From an uncultured Planctomycetota bacterium (GTDB taxonomy: Bacteria; Planctomycetota; Planctomycetia; Isosphaerales; Isosphaeraceae), in NCBI GenBank assembly GCA_963815795.1, contig CAWFIC010000012.1:13304-77303 (forward strand): 64,000 nt of DNA. The letters run 5' to 3'. The notes under the pieces are model-generated. The model was not told where the DNA came from, ran no database searches, and saw nothing but the letters and a program-made list of their open reading frames with translations. The position numbers were made by a program, and so were the translations under genes. Shown here piece after piece: positions 51,228-60,373 of the stretch (positions are counted from its first letter, which is position 1; every line of letters starts with the position of its first letter).

Positions 51228-52218
51228 TTGTCGATCAATAAGCTCGGCCCGACACAGCAGGTGGATGAGGAGCGTCTGATCCTCGGTGATGAATGCCTTT
51301 TCGACCAGGCCAGTGCCCAGCCAGGTCAAGCGCGTTGGTTGGTTGAACCCAAACTGCTTCAGGTTCCGAACGCGGGCGCCATCGCCCTCGGTCGAATCCC
51401 GTCGATTACCGAAATCGTGATCGCGTTCACTGCCCTGCCCTCCGGGATCGGCTGCAACGTCTTCTCCGACGATGTTCTCTGCAATCTGCCCGGGAGAAGT
51501 CCATGGACGCGGGGTCTTGCTGACGACGCGGCGAATTTCCTTGATGTCGTCAAGGAAATTGTCACCAACCTCCAGGATCTCGGTGTCCGGAGGAGCATCG
51601 TCGCGGCGCTCCAACGCGTGAATCCATCGATCTCGTCCGTCGAGTTGAACGAGCTTCAGAATCCGTCCAGTGTCGTGGTCGGCCACGGCCTCGATGGCAA
51701 GACACTGGCTCTCGACCTTTCGCAGGAATCCGATGGTTTTCGGCGAATTTACGCGCACTTGCTGGCTAAATAGATCCACCCAATGGGGAAAGTAGCGACG
51801 AGCGGGATGTAGGGTGGGCTCTGCCCACCGACGAGAGGCCCTCATCGGTGGGCAGAGCCCACCCTACTTTCCCTCTTGCGTGGATCTATTTAGCTATCAA
51901 CGCCCTCCCAAGCAGACGTCGATTTTCGAGCATCCGGAGGATCGAATCCACCCGGGCGCGCTTTCGCTCCTGGCCGAAGAATTCAAGGCGGCGCCGGCCC
52001 ACGGACATGGCCAGGTGATCCTGACGACGCACAGTCCGCAGTTCCTCGACCATTTTGACGTGGAACAGATTCGCGTCGTGGAACTCGCAGACTTGCAGAC
52101 CCGAATTGGCCCCGTCTCTGCCGAGCAAGAGGAAGCGGTTCGCGACAAATTACTCGAGCCCGGGGAACTTCTCACGGTTGATCCTGCGCGAATGCAACTG
52201 GAGGCAACCGGCGCATGA
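51228..52218 (+). pseudogene. decayed AAA_21-type ATPase gene (no Walker A region; split by a palindromic insertion)
   Basis: ORF 51228..51773 (TTG start only) ends ...LSQESDGFRRIYAHLLAK*. ORF 51814..52218 resumes ..YQRPPKQTSIFEHPEDRIHPGALSLLAEEFK...GQVILTTHSPQFLDHFD. Together these are the signature-like SDG, Walker B-like FEHPED and H-loop TTHSP motifs. A weak possible Walker-A relic, EPNGRPTS, lies in another frame at 51157-51180. Confidence 0.6.
51765..51894. mobile_element. MITE/REP-like nested palindromic insertion (~127-130 bp)
   Basis: Outer 15-bp perfect inverted repeats: gctaaatagatccac (51765-51779) / gtggatctatttagc (51880-51894). Inner 23-bp perfect inverted repeat: gtagggtgggctctgcccaccga (51809-51831) / tcggtgggcagagcccaccctac (51845-51867). 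It interrupts the ATPase reading frame between the signature and Walker B motifs. Confidence 0.7.
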
Positions 52219-52290
52219 GGCGGCTCGTCTTATTCGTGGAAGGGGACGGCGAAGTCGACGCAGTACCGATTCTTGTAAAACGGCTACTTA
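52215..52290 (+). pseudogene. 25-codon N-terminal stump of a DUF4276/RloB-like gene
   Basis: MRRLVLFVEGDGEVDAVPILVKRLL (ATGA overlap with the ATPase stop). Sense is lost exactly where the convergent minus-strand gene ends (52288). Confidence 0.5.
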
Positions 52291-52830
52291 CTGCGTGCGT
52301 CTCGGCGGCGGTTTCAGCTTCCGCAACTCCTCCAAGTTCGAGATCTGCCGCCGGCGCATCGACTCGAAAGGCGAGTACGCATTCCAGAGCTGATGGAACG
52401 GATAATGCACGCGGAGCGGGTCGATCGCGCTCAAATCTCTCGCCACGAGGAAGCAAAACGGCCGGGCGGGCGTCCCCAGCTTCTCGGCGATCCTCCGGCC
52501 CTGTGCGGCCAGTTTGCGAGATTCGGCGATCTGCTCGGCCCGCAGGCGAGGGAAGACGGAGGCCTCGGCTTCTTCCGATGTCGCCTCGACCCAGAACGCA
52601 TCGACGCGCTCCGCCCCCCACTCCTTGCCGCGATAACCGCAGTCCCGCCAGAAGCGACGAACAAGCATCGCGTTACCCATTACAGAAGAAGCGCGCGGCG
52701 GAAGACGTGAAACGACACGGATTTCCCCCCGGGATGGAAGGAGTCTGACCCTCTCGGGGGCTCCAAAGGGCTCGGGCGACAGGCCAGGTTGAGATCGGTC
52801 CCCGAGCCGTTCGGGCAGCCAGACAGCCAC
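52288..52830 (-). CDS. hypothetical protein (130-180 aa depending on start)
   Basis: The GTG at 52830 lies 2 nt after the upstream stop. An alternative ATG is at 52680 (MGNAMLVRRFWRDCGYRGKEW...). No family recognised. Confidence 0.5.
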   Translation of the reverse strand: MAVWLPERLGDRSQPGLSPEPFGAPERVRLLPSRGEIRVVSRLPPRASSVMGNAMLVRRFWRDCGYRGKEWGAERVDAFWVEATSEEAEASVFPRLRAEQIAESRKLAAQGRRIAEKLGTPARPFCFLVARDLSAIDPLRVHYPFHQLWNAYSPFESMRRRQISNLEELRKLKPPPRRTQ

Positions 52831-52832
52831 GC

Positions 52833-53183
52833 TCAGGTTAGAGGCGAATCGAGCAGAGCCATGTAGAAGATCCCCTCTTCATCCTCACCCTTCTCGAAAT
52901 GGTAGTGAATATCCTCGCCATCTGGCCCGGCTTCGCGCAGCGTGCAATAGCTATGAGTCAGTTCTTCATCGCTGCTGAACCAGTCTTGGATCTCTGTTCT
53001 CAGCCACTCCTTCCCGTGGAACTCACGGAGGATGTCCCAGAGATCGTCTTCGATGAAGAGCGGCAGGGAGTGATTCGGCCTCAAACCGCGGAACTCTTCA
53101 TCGATGTTGACATGCGCCCGCGGATTCGTCCTATGCAATCTGTACACGACCGTATCCTCTGATAGGGACTCTGAGCGTGACAT
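52833..53183 (-). CDS. acidic hypothetical protein (116 aa)
   Basis: ORF with moderate GC, MSRSESLSEDTVVYRLHRTNPRAHVNIDEEF...EKGEDEEGIFYMALLDSPLT. No family recognised. Confidence 0.55.
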   Translation of the reverse strand: MSRSESLSEDTVVYRLHRTNPRAHVNIDEEFRGLRPNHSLPLFIEDDLWDILREFHGKEWLRTEIQDWFSSDEELTHSYCTLREAGPDGEDIHYHFEKGEDEEGIFYMALLDSPLT

Positions 53184-53266
53184 TCGTCGAAACTCTAGGT
53201 CACGTCCTCGCTACGCTATCTCGTCAAGTCGGCGAGAGGTTCCCGGAACCATTTCGCGCTCCCGGC

Positions 53267-53653
53267 TCAATCGTAGCAGAACAGGGTCTTTCCTTTGCGG
53301 ACGTTGGCCGAGCGACAATTCGGGCAGCGCAGCGGTGCCTTGAAACGGAAGTGGCCGCCGCAGTGGCATGCCCCCGCGATCGCCTCGACCTGACGATGAT
53401 ATTCCTCCTCGGATATCGGCTCACCCGGGTAATTCTCCCGCACGTCACGGTCGTGCTCTTCCGATGCCAGGCAATACGGGACTTTGAGACCCTTCAAGTA
53501 TCGAAGATGCGGCTCGCCGATCTCCTCGAACGAGAGCCCCTTGTCATCGCCGCAGGTGCCGCAGCGAAGGCGGTGGAAAAAGAACCCGCCGCCGTCGTGG
53601 CCGCGGAATTGGTGGCCGCAATCCCGACATTCTGCCTCAAAGGTGCATCCCAC
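53267..53653 (-). CDS. double zinc-ribbon protein (128 aa)
   Basis: Four Cys pairs: CRDC, CGTC, CHC and CPNC. This suggests two Zn-ribbon-like knuckle pairs. Confidence 0.6.
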   Translation of the reverse strand: MGCTFEAECRDCGHQFRGHDGGGFFFHRLRCGTCGDDKGLSFEEIGEPHLRYLKGLKVPYCLASEEHDRDVRENYPGEPISEEEYHRQVEAIAGACHCGGHFRFKAPLRCPNCRSANVRKGKTLFCYD

Positions 53654-53881
53654 GGCACGACTCCGGTTTCAGGAACGAGCGGGCCCGCGAGGTACGATCT
53701 CGGACTCCACCTACCAGAGAAACGCCTCGATTGGCGACGGCCAGACTCCTGCCGCCCCGGGGTCATCGTTTATTTGCCTCGCCCTTCCGGCGCCTCTCAT
53801 CGTTGACGCAGGGACCGGCGACTCACTGCGTCCCCGGTTCCGCTCCGTTTTCGGCACGCACATCCTCCCTTTTCTCACCGC

Positions 53882-54148
53882 TCAGCCAGCCAAGTCCTCG
53901 AGCGTCATGCCGTGAGCCGCCATGTTGGCCATCATCTTCGCGATCAGGACGTCGTCGAGCACAATGTCCTCAAAAGTCCCGTAGACTTTCTTCGACTCCG
54001 GCTTGGGTCTCGGTCGGTGGGGCTTGCACCTGGCCGCCCTAGCGAATCCCTGGAGCGTCTCATAATCGATGGAATCATCAGGGCCTGGCTGCCTTGCACG
54101 GGCTGCCGCGTCTTTCCTTCTCGCCCTCTCCCAAAGATCTTTGGGCAT
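53882..54148 (-). CDS. hypothetical protein (88 aa from the ATG at 54148)
   Basis: MPKDLWERARRKDAAARARQ...VLIAKMMANMAAHGMTLEDLAG. The longer ORF 53882..54346 overlaps the repaired end of the R-M gene. Confidence 0.4.
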   Translation of the reverse strand: MPKDLWERARRKDAAARARQPGPDDSIDYETLQGFARAARCKPHRPRPKPESKKVYGTFEDIVLDDVLIAKMMANMAAHGMTLEDLAG

Positions 54149-54303
54149 GGCGGATCCTCTTCGAGCGGTCAACGGCGCGCGCGAGCCACGGAGATGCAAG
54201 ATCGATCTCCGAACTCTGCGCCTCATCGCCAGCCTAGCTCGGCTGACGCCCATGTACCCGCTCGTGTTGGGAAAGACCAACGTCCGCGATAACGGTCGCC
54301 ACA

Positions 54304-57300
54304 TCAGGGTTTCGGAATCGGCATCCGCGGCGGGGCCGTCTCCCACATCAGGGCGACGCCATCCGCGGTCAGGCCGTACGCCTCGTTGACCAGGTCGCTG
54401 ATCTTGCGCTCCAGCGCCAGCGCTGTCGCGCCAGGGCCTGCGCGGGGAGGATGGTCCGGGTGTGCTCCTCCCTGAGGTTGCGATGGGCCGCGAGGCTCAA
54501 GGGGTTCTTCTTGCCGCGAAGCTTCCGGACCTCGGAGACGAACGACTCGGAGTCGAGGTCCAGGGCGGATTGGAGCCTTTGGCTCGGCTCGCTGACGTTG
54601 TGCTCGGACTTGAGCCAGTCAAGCAGGTCCCGCGTCGCCTGGGACTGAGATCGGGCGATCTCGGTCAGTCGTTGAACCGCCTTGTGGCACGCTTGGACGG
54701 CCTCGTCGCTCGTCCGGGGGACCGGGTACGATTCCATGAACGAGGTGAAGTAGCGGAGGGCCTCGTCTTTTCCGTGTTGGGCCGATCTCCACGCGAACCA
54801 CCAGCCAATCGGCGCGTTGAGGACCGAGAGGAGCCAGGCGTCTTGAGTCGGGAGGAAATACGTCGTGTTGTTCGAGAGATACTCGCCCGGCGTCAGGCAG
54901 AAATTGGCCGTCCAGGTGATGTCCTGGTAGGTGATCCGAGGCTTCGAGAACTCGCCCCAATAGGCGCAAGCCCGCAACTCCCACCAGAATCGGCCCTTGT
55001 CCTGGCGCTTCCGCAGGGGTTCTTCAAATGGCTTGAGATGAGCATGAACGCCCGGGTAGGTCTCCCGAAAGATGTCCTCCGCACGATCGCCGGCGCCGGC
55101 CCAGGGCCAGGGATGATCCCCGCTCGACTTGATCGCGATCATCCAGAGGCCGGCCCATTCCGGCGACCACCTTCGAATATCCTGGCCGCGCAGGAAGGGG
55201 CGGATCAGCGGCTCGGCGGCCGGGTCGTTCTCCAAGATGGCCTGCTTGGCCCTCCCGTCGATGACGAAAGCCTCATTGAATCCCGTCAGAATACCGCGGT
55301 AAGGTTTGACTCCAGCATATTCCGCGAGAGGGATGCCTCGCGCTCGGATCTTCTCGACGAGGTTCACCACTGATCCCGGCTCGAGGGACCATGCCTCCTT
55401 CGTGAGCCTGGCTCTTGGGACCGCGACCCCCTCCTTGGCGATCTGCACGCTCAGGTCATCGATGCGCAATTGCTCCCTGGGGATCGCGCATACCTTTGTC
55501 GTCTCCGGAGCGCTCTCTTCGTCGGGCCGCCGGACGACGATGATCGATGGAAACACATCGGCGTCCTGGAAGATCTGCTTGGCATGGCCGAAGTTGACGA
55601 CCGACTCGACCCACGCCTTCTCGGCGAAGACCTTCCGCAACGGCTCGCCGTAGCCGGCCTTCATCCACTTGTTGGTCACGACGTACGACAGCCTGCCGCC
55701 CGGCTTGAGCAGGGTCAGTCCCAACTCGTAGAAGTAGACGTACAGGTCAGCCATGCCGTGATAGGCCGCGTACCGCGATTGCAGGTACGGCTTGGTCGGC
55801 GAGAGCCACTCCTGGCGGATGTACGGCGGGTTGCCGATCACCACGTCGAAGCCGCCGTGTTCCCCCTCGAAGACCTCGGGGAACTCCGCCCGCCAGGCGA
55901 ACGCCCGCGGGTCGATCGCCGGGTCGGCCACGACGCTGTTGCCGACGCGGAGCGTGTGGTCCAGGCTGGTCAGCTCCTTCCCCTTCACCGCTGTCTTGAT
56001 CCAGAGGCTCAGCTTGGCGATGTGCACCGCCTCGTCGTTCAGGTCCACGCCGTAGAGGTTCTCCTGGAGGATCTTGCGGTCCAGGTCGAACAACTCGGCA
56101 TGGCCGCGCAGCTCCTGCACCCGGTCGTTGGTCTGCTGGTACTCGGCGTGGAGCTGATCGAACGCCTCGATCAGGAAGGCGCCGCTGCCGCAGGCCGGGT
56201 CGAGGATCCGGATCGAGCCCAGCGCGAGCTGCCAGTCCTGCCAGAAGGCGAGCAATGCCTGCCGCTGCGGCGCCTTGAGCGCGTCGAGGTCGTAGGCCCG
56301 CGGGTCGGCCAGGGCGTCGCGGGCTGTGCCTTTGGCCTTCTCGGCGCGGTCGCGGCGGATCCGCTCGAACCGGTCGCGCAACACGCCGCCGAGCGCCTGC
56401 TCGACGATGTAGCGGGTGATGTAGTCGGGCGTGTAGAAGGCGCCCTCGCGCTTACGCCGGCTGACCTTGTCCTTGCCCGGCTCGGCCTCGGGTTCCGCCG
56501 CGATTTCGACCGACTTCTCCAGCTCGGCCTGGAGCTTCTCCAGGTCGTCGATCGACTGCTCGAAGATGTGGCCGAGGATCTCGACGTCCACCAGCCGACG
56601 GTCGGAGATCACCTCATCCGCCGGGATCGCCGACGCCGGCCGGAAGTCGTACTCGGCCAGGTCGTCGAAGAGGCCGAAGACCTCGTCGGGGACCTTCAGG
56701 TCGTCGAGCACCGGGTCGTCGGCGAACAGGCCGCCGTTGTACTTGCGGATGTCCAGGGCGTCGTTGCCCACGTTGATCGCGCGGAACATCCCCCGGAAGT
56801 TGTCCCAGAGCGGCCGCGGGTTGTACGGGTCGCGGTGCGCGTAGGCCCGCTTGATCGTCTCGGCCGGCAGCAGGCCCCGGTCCTCGCAGAAGGCGATGAA
56901 CAGGATGCGGTCGAGCAGCTTCTGGGCACAGGCCAGGATCCGACGGGGATCAACCTCGGGGTTCGCCCATCGCAGCCGCGAGAGCGTGCTCCGCCGGATG
57001 AAGGCGTACAGGCCATACACCTCCTTGGTCACCTCGCGGCCGATCTTCTCCGAGTCCTGGAGCAGCCCATCCAGGTGGCACGGACCGTGCGCCGGGACCA
57101 TCCGGCCGGCGTGGAGCAGGAAGACGAACTTCTTGAGCTGGCGCTCGTCGGCGGCGAGGGCCTCGGTGTCGAACCGCTCGTAGGTCTGCTTGTCCGCCCC
57201 CTTGTAATAGAGGCGGGTCTGGCGGATGTTGGTGACGAGGATCCAGTTGCAGCGGAGGTTGATCGCGTAGTCGAACGCCTGGTCAACCGCCGAGACCTTC

Positions 57301-57683
57301 CGGCCGGCGAACGGCCGATCGAGCGGATCCTTGGGCCCCTTGCCCTCCACGGCCGCGACGTACCGCTTCGCCACGGGGCCGAACTCGCCGAGGACGGCGT
57401 CGGCGTACTTGCCGTTGGCCTGGACGTGCTTCTCCCGCGAGAACGTGTATCGCTTGGGATCGTTGACCGCCCTCGTATAGCCCAGCAGGCCGCAGAAGAC
57501 GTCGCTCAGGAAATCGCCGAGGATCTCGACTTCCTTGTGGGCATCCACCGAGCCGCTGGCGATGATCTCGGCCCATTTGTCCAGCTTCGGGCGGTGCCCG
57601 AGGACCGCTTCGGTGAGGCTGAACCCCAGGATGGGGAGGCGAATCACGTCGGGGCGAAAGATCGGCTTGGCTTCGACCGGCAC
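54304..57683 (-). CDS. type IIG/IIL restriction-modification fusion enzyme (PD-ExK nuclease + N6-adenine methyltransferase + TaqI-like specificity domain); frame break near 54423-54426
   Basis: N-terminus ...YADAVLGEF...VAAVEGKGP (D...ExK). SAM motif ILDPACGSGAFLIEA. Catalytic VVIGNPPYIRQ. The repaired C-terminus ...ALALERKISDLVNEAYGLTADGVALMWETAPPRMPIPKP* is the usual tail of this family. GTG start at 57683. Confidence 0.85.
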
Positions 57684-57967
57684 GGCTCAAGACCTCGATC
57701 GACGGCGACGGGAGGCGTTCGGTTCGACGCCTGGGAAAGAGTCTCATATTACCCCGGCGCCATCGATCGGCACAAAGGGGCGCGTGTTCGGCGAGACCGA
57801 AGGGCAGGCGAGCGGCTGGTCTTCAAGGCGAAGGGCCGGGGGCCGGAGCGGTTCACGATGGCACGGGGATCGGCGGACGGAGCCGACTCCTCCGAGCCGG
57901 CCGGCGGGTCCGTTGTCGGAGGGGCTCCGTCACGCGACCCGGTCCGCGCCGACCCGACGGACCGTCA

Positions 57968-58023
57968 CCGGACAGAGCCGGCTCCTCCAGCGAGCCGGCC
58001 CGGGACTTTTGTAGGAGGGGGCT
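57968..58023. repeat. REP-like palindrome whose right arm is interrupted by the IS
   Basis: Left arm ccggacagagccggctcctcca (57968-57989). Right arm tgtaggaggggct (58010-58023) continues as ccgtcccc after the IS (59418 onward). Confidence 0.55.
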
Positions 58024-59413
58024 TGTCACGCGACGTTAGGTTTTGCCGGAAATCGCGACACGAAGTTTTGCCGCGACCTGTCGTTATGTCCTCTGGTCTC
58101 GGAGTGACACCCTCAGATTCATGATATCCTCACGGTTGATATGGGTCGCCGGCTGACGACTCAACTGGCAGCCCTCGTGATCCGCGACGACCCAGGCGTA
58201 GGTCTCCGGGTCGAACATTACATACACAGTCTTATGTCTATTAATCTTCCCAATATAATGACGCCTGTTGTACAACGAGATCGTCCCGGTCGCGTCGGCG
58301 CGCCGCCGCACGGCGTAACCGGCCAGGCCCGCCGCGACCCGCGCCAGCTCCCAGTGGCCCTCCTCCCACCCCGGCGTATAGGCCCGCCCGGAGTGGACCA
58401 ACCCCGGGAAGGCCTCCCATCGGCTCCGGCCGCCGATGCTGGGATACTCCCGCCGCTGGATCTCGTCCAGGACCGCGAACCGCGCCTGCAACTCCTCCGG
58501 ATCGTCGCAGGTCCAGGGCTCGCCCCACCGCTTGCCCGTCCCCTGCGACCGCTCCACCACCCCGTTGTCTTGGGGGCGCCGCGGCGGGTTGGGGACCACC
58601 CCCACTCCCACGCCCAGCAGCCACAATTCCAGGTCGGTCGGCAGGTCGCCGCGCGTCCCCCACGGCGCCCCGTTGTCCACCCGCAACCGCTGGGGCCGGC
58701 CCCAGCGGGAGAAGGCCAGCCGCAGTTGCCCCTGGGTCGCCGTGGGCGGGACCTGGGTCCAACGGCCCAGGGGGGAAAACCGCGGTCCACAGGGCCGCGC
58801 CGCTGCATTCGTCCACGATCCGCAGCCAGGAGACGAGTTGACCGGATCGCAGCTTCACCAGCTCGGCCGCGTCCATCTGCCAGACCTCGTGAGGCCGCTG
58901 CGCCCGGCGCGAGTCGGCGGCGGGTCGGCGCCCCGCCGGCGCCGGGGACAGGCCGGCGCGGTGGAACCAGCGCTGGAGCGTCCGGGTGGTCGGCAACGGA
59001 TCCTCGGGGAGTCGGTGGCCCAGCATCACGCGGATCAGTCCGGCCCCCCAGGTCGGATGTTGCCGCCGCAGGTCGAGGGCCGCTCGCACGAGCGCCTCGT
59101 CGGGCTTGGGCGTCGCCGCCCCGCACCGGTCGTACGACGGGGCCAGGGGGGCCGGATCGCCACGGCCGAAGCGGTCGAGCAGGTGGCGGACCGTGCGCGG
59201 GGGCAGGTCGAGGGCCCGAGCGATGGTGGGGCCGTCCTGGCCATCCTGGTAGCGCCGCCAGATGGCTTGGCGTACGGGCAGAGGGATCGGGCGCGGCATG
59301 GGTCGTCCTCCATCGGGGATGTGAGCCGAGGCACCGGCCCTCACTGTACGCCTATCGAGGCCGCGGCAAAACTTCGTGTCGCGATTTCCGGCAAAACCTA
59401 ACGTCGCGTGACA
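58024..59413 (-). mobile_element. IS481-family-like insertion sequence (1390 bp)
   Basis: About 52-bp near-perfect terminal inverted repeats, tgtcacgcgacgttaggttttgccggaaatcgcgacacgaagttttgccgcg (58024-58075), with the reverse complement at 59362-59413. Flanking 4-bp direct repeat GGCT (58020-58023, 59414-59417). A single rve-type transposase gene. Confidence 0.85.
58084..59299 (-). CDS. DDE (rve-domain) transposase, frame break in or near the G6A4 run 58770-58779
   Basis: MPRPIPLPVRQAIWRRYQDGQDGPTIARALDLPPRTVRHLL (HTH) ... VWQMDAAE ... then in another frame FSPLGRWTQVPPTATQGQLRLAFSRWGRPQRLRVDNGAPWG ... NGVVERSQGT (D, D, E). Confidence 0.85.
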
Positions 59414-59419
59414 GGCTCC

Positions 59420-59476
59420 GTCCCCCGACCGGCCCGATCGGTCCCCCGACCGGCCCGATCGGTCCCCCGACCGGGG
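59420..59476. repeat. tandem repeat, 21-nt unit x about 2.7
   Basis: gtcccccgaccggcccgatcg repeated at 59420, 59441 and 59462 (last copy partial). Confidence 0.9.
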
Positions 59477-59496
59477 CGGTCCCGTACCGACCGGTC

Positions 59497-59519
59497 GCCG
59501 GACAGAGCCGGCTCCTACA
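59497..59519. repeat. REP-like unit
   Basis: gccggacagagccggctcctaca. It has the same core as 57968-57989 and is related in architecture (gtagg...ggctctg.cc) to the inner arms of the palindromic insertion at 51809-51867. Confidence 0.6.
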
Positions 59520-59661
59520 TCCGATCGGAACCGTCCCTGACCATGTGGAGCATGGTCGTCCCCTCGAGCGGGCTCTGCCCATCGGCCGGCACGCCACAAG
59601 CATTGTTGCTCGCACGACGTCGCCGACGACGCGCCCGAGTTCCCCGAACTCATCGTCGGCG

Positions 59662-59726
59662 CCCATGCTTTGCACATTCTCCGCGGTGCGAACCATGCGA
59701 ACCATGCGAACCATGCAAAGCATGGG
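59662..59726. repeat. 65-nt hairpin with 9-nt periodic arm (family member D)
   Basis: cccatgctttgca...tgcaaagcatggg (13-bp perfect clamp). gcgaaccat x3 then gcaaagcat (59688-59723). Confidence 0.85.
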
Positions 59727-59829
59727 AGGCCTATGCGGCCGGCGCCGATCATTGATGCGGGCGTGTTTCTAGTGATGCTTGCACTCGGCGGTCGGCGGAC
59801 GGATGACCGCCACCGATCGGTTGCCGGCG

Positions 59830-59904
59830 CCCGTACTCCACACTTTTCCACGCTCACAATTTCGTGTGGCCTACGTGGAGAACGTGGCCTACGTGGAGAA
59901 TGGG
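59830..59904. repeat. 75-nt hairpin with 9-nt periodic arm (family member B)
   Basis: cccgtactccac...gtggagaatggg. gtggcctac/gtggagaac/gtggcctac/gtggagaat tandem units. The 5' half aligns with member A (cccatactccccacttctccccatcacattttcgtg vs cccgtactccacacttttccacgctcacaatttcgtg). Confidence 0.8.
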
Positions 59905-60234
59905 AGCCCCATCGGGCCGGCGCCGGCCGCCGATCGGGCCTCGGGGACTCGAGCGGTTCCCGCCGGGAGCGGGGTCGCCGGGCGGACCGGGCCTGACGGC
60001 CGTGTCGCGGCGACGGACGGGCATCGCCGACCGGATCCGATGCGGGAGGGAACCGCTCTGTCGGCGGGCACGGAAACCTGCCCTACCGGGGAATGCCCCC
60101 GCGTGATCTTCGGGGTCTGTTCCGGAAGAGTCGGGAGGCGAGCGTCGAGGCCGGCCGGGCCGGCGGTGTAGTGGCGGGGGCGTGAGACCCCCTCCGGACG
60201 GAAGTGGTGATCTGATCGAGGTTCAATGAGAAGA

Positions 60235-60347
60235 GAGGAACCACGAAAAGCACGAATTCACACGAAAAAACTCGGGATCGCGGGACGGCCGAGGCGGTCC
60301 CGGCGCGCCGTGCGTTTCGTGTCCTTCGTGGTTTTCGTGGTTCCGTC
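60235..60347. repeat. long imperfect hairpin (~37-nt arms of cacgaa-type tandem units) just 3' of the peroxiredoxin gene; possible terminator
   Basis: gaggaaccacgaaaagcacgaattcacacgaaa (60235-60268) pairs with tttcgtgtccttcgtggttttcgtggttccgtc (ending 60347). There is an inner GC hairpin and, on the minus strand, a T6 run (60265-60270). Confidence 0.6.
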
Positions 60348-60373
60348 GGTTCTTCGATCCATCTGTCCGCGGG

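Noticed and set aside
54304-57683. BREX (PglX) or a DISARM-type system around the large methyltransferase.
   Set aside because: No brxC/pglZ/brxL-like or helicase/PLD genes are adjacent. The protein has its own N-terminal D...ExK nuclease module, which fits a stand-alone type IIG enzyme.
58760-58790. Programmed -1 ribosomal frameshifting in the IS transposase.
   Set aside because: No A-AAA-AAG-type slippery heptamer and no two-ORF (orfA/orfB) organisation. IS481-type transposases are normally one ORF. A homopolymer indel (real or technical) is the simpler explanation.
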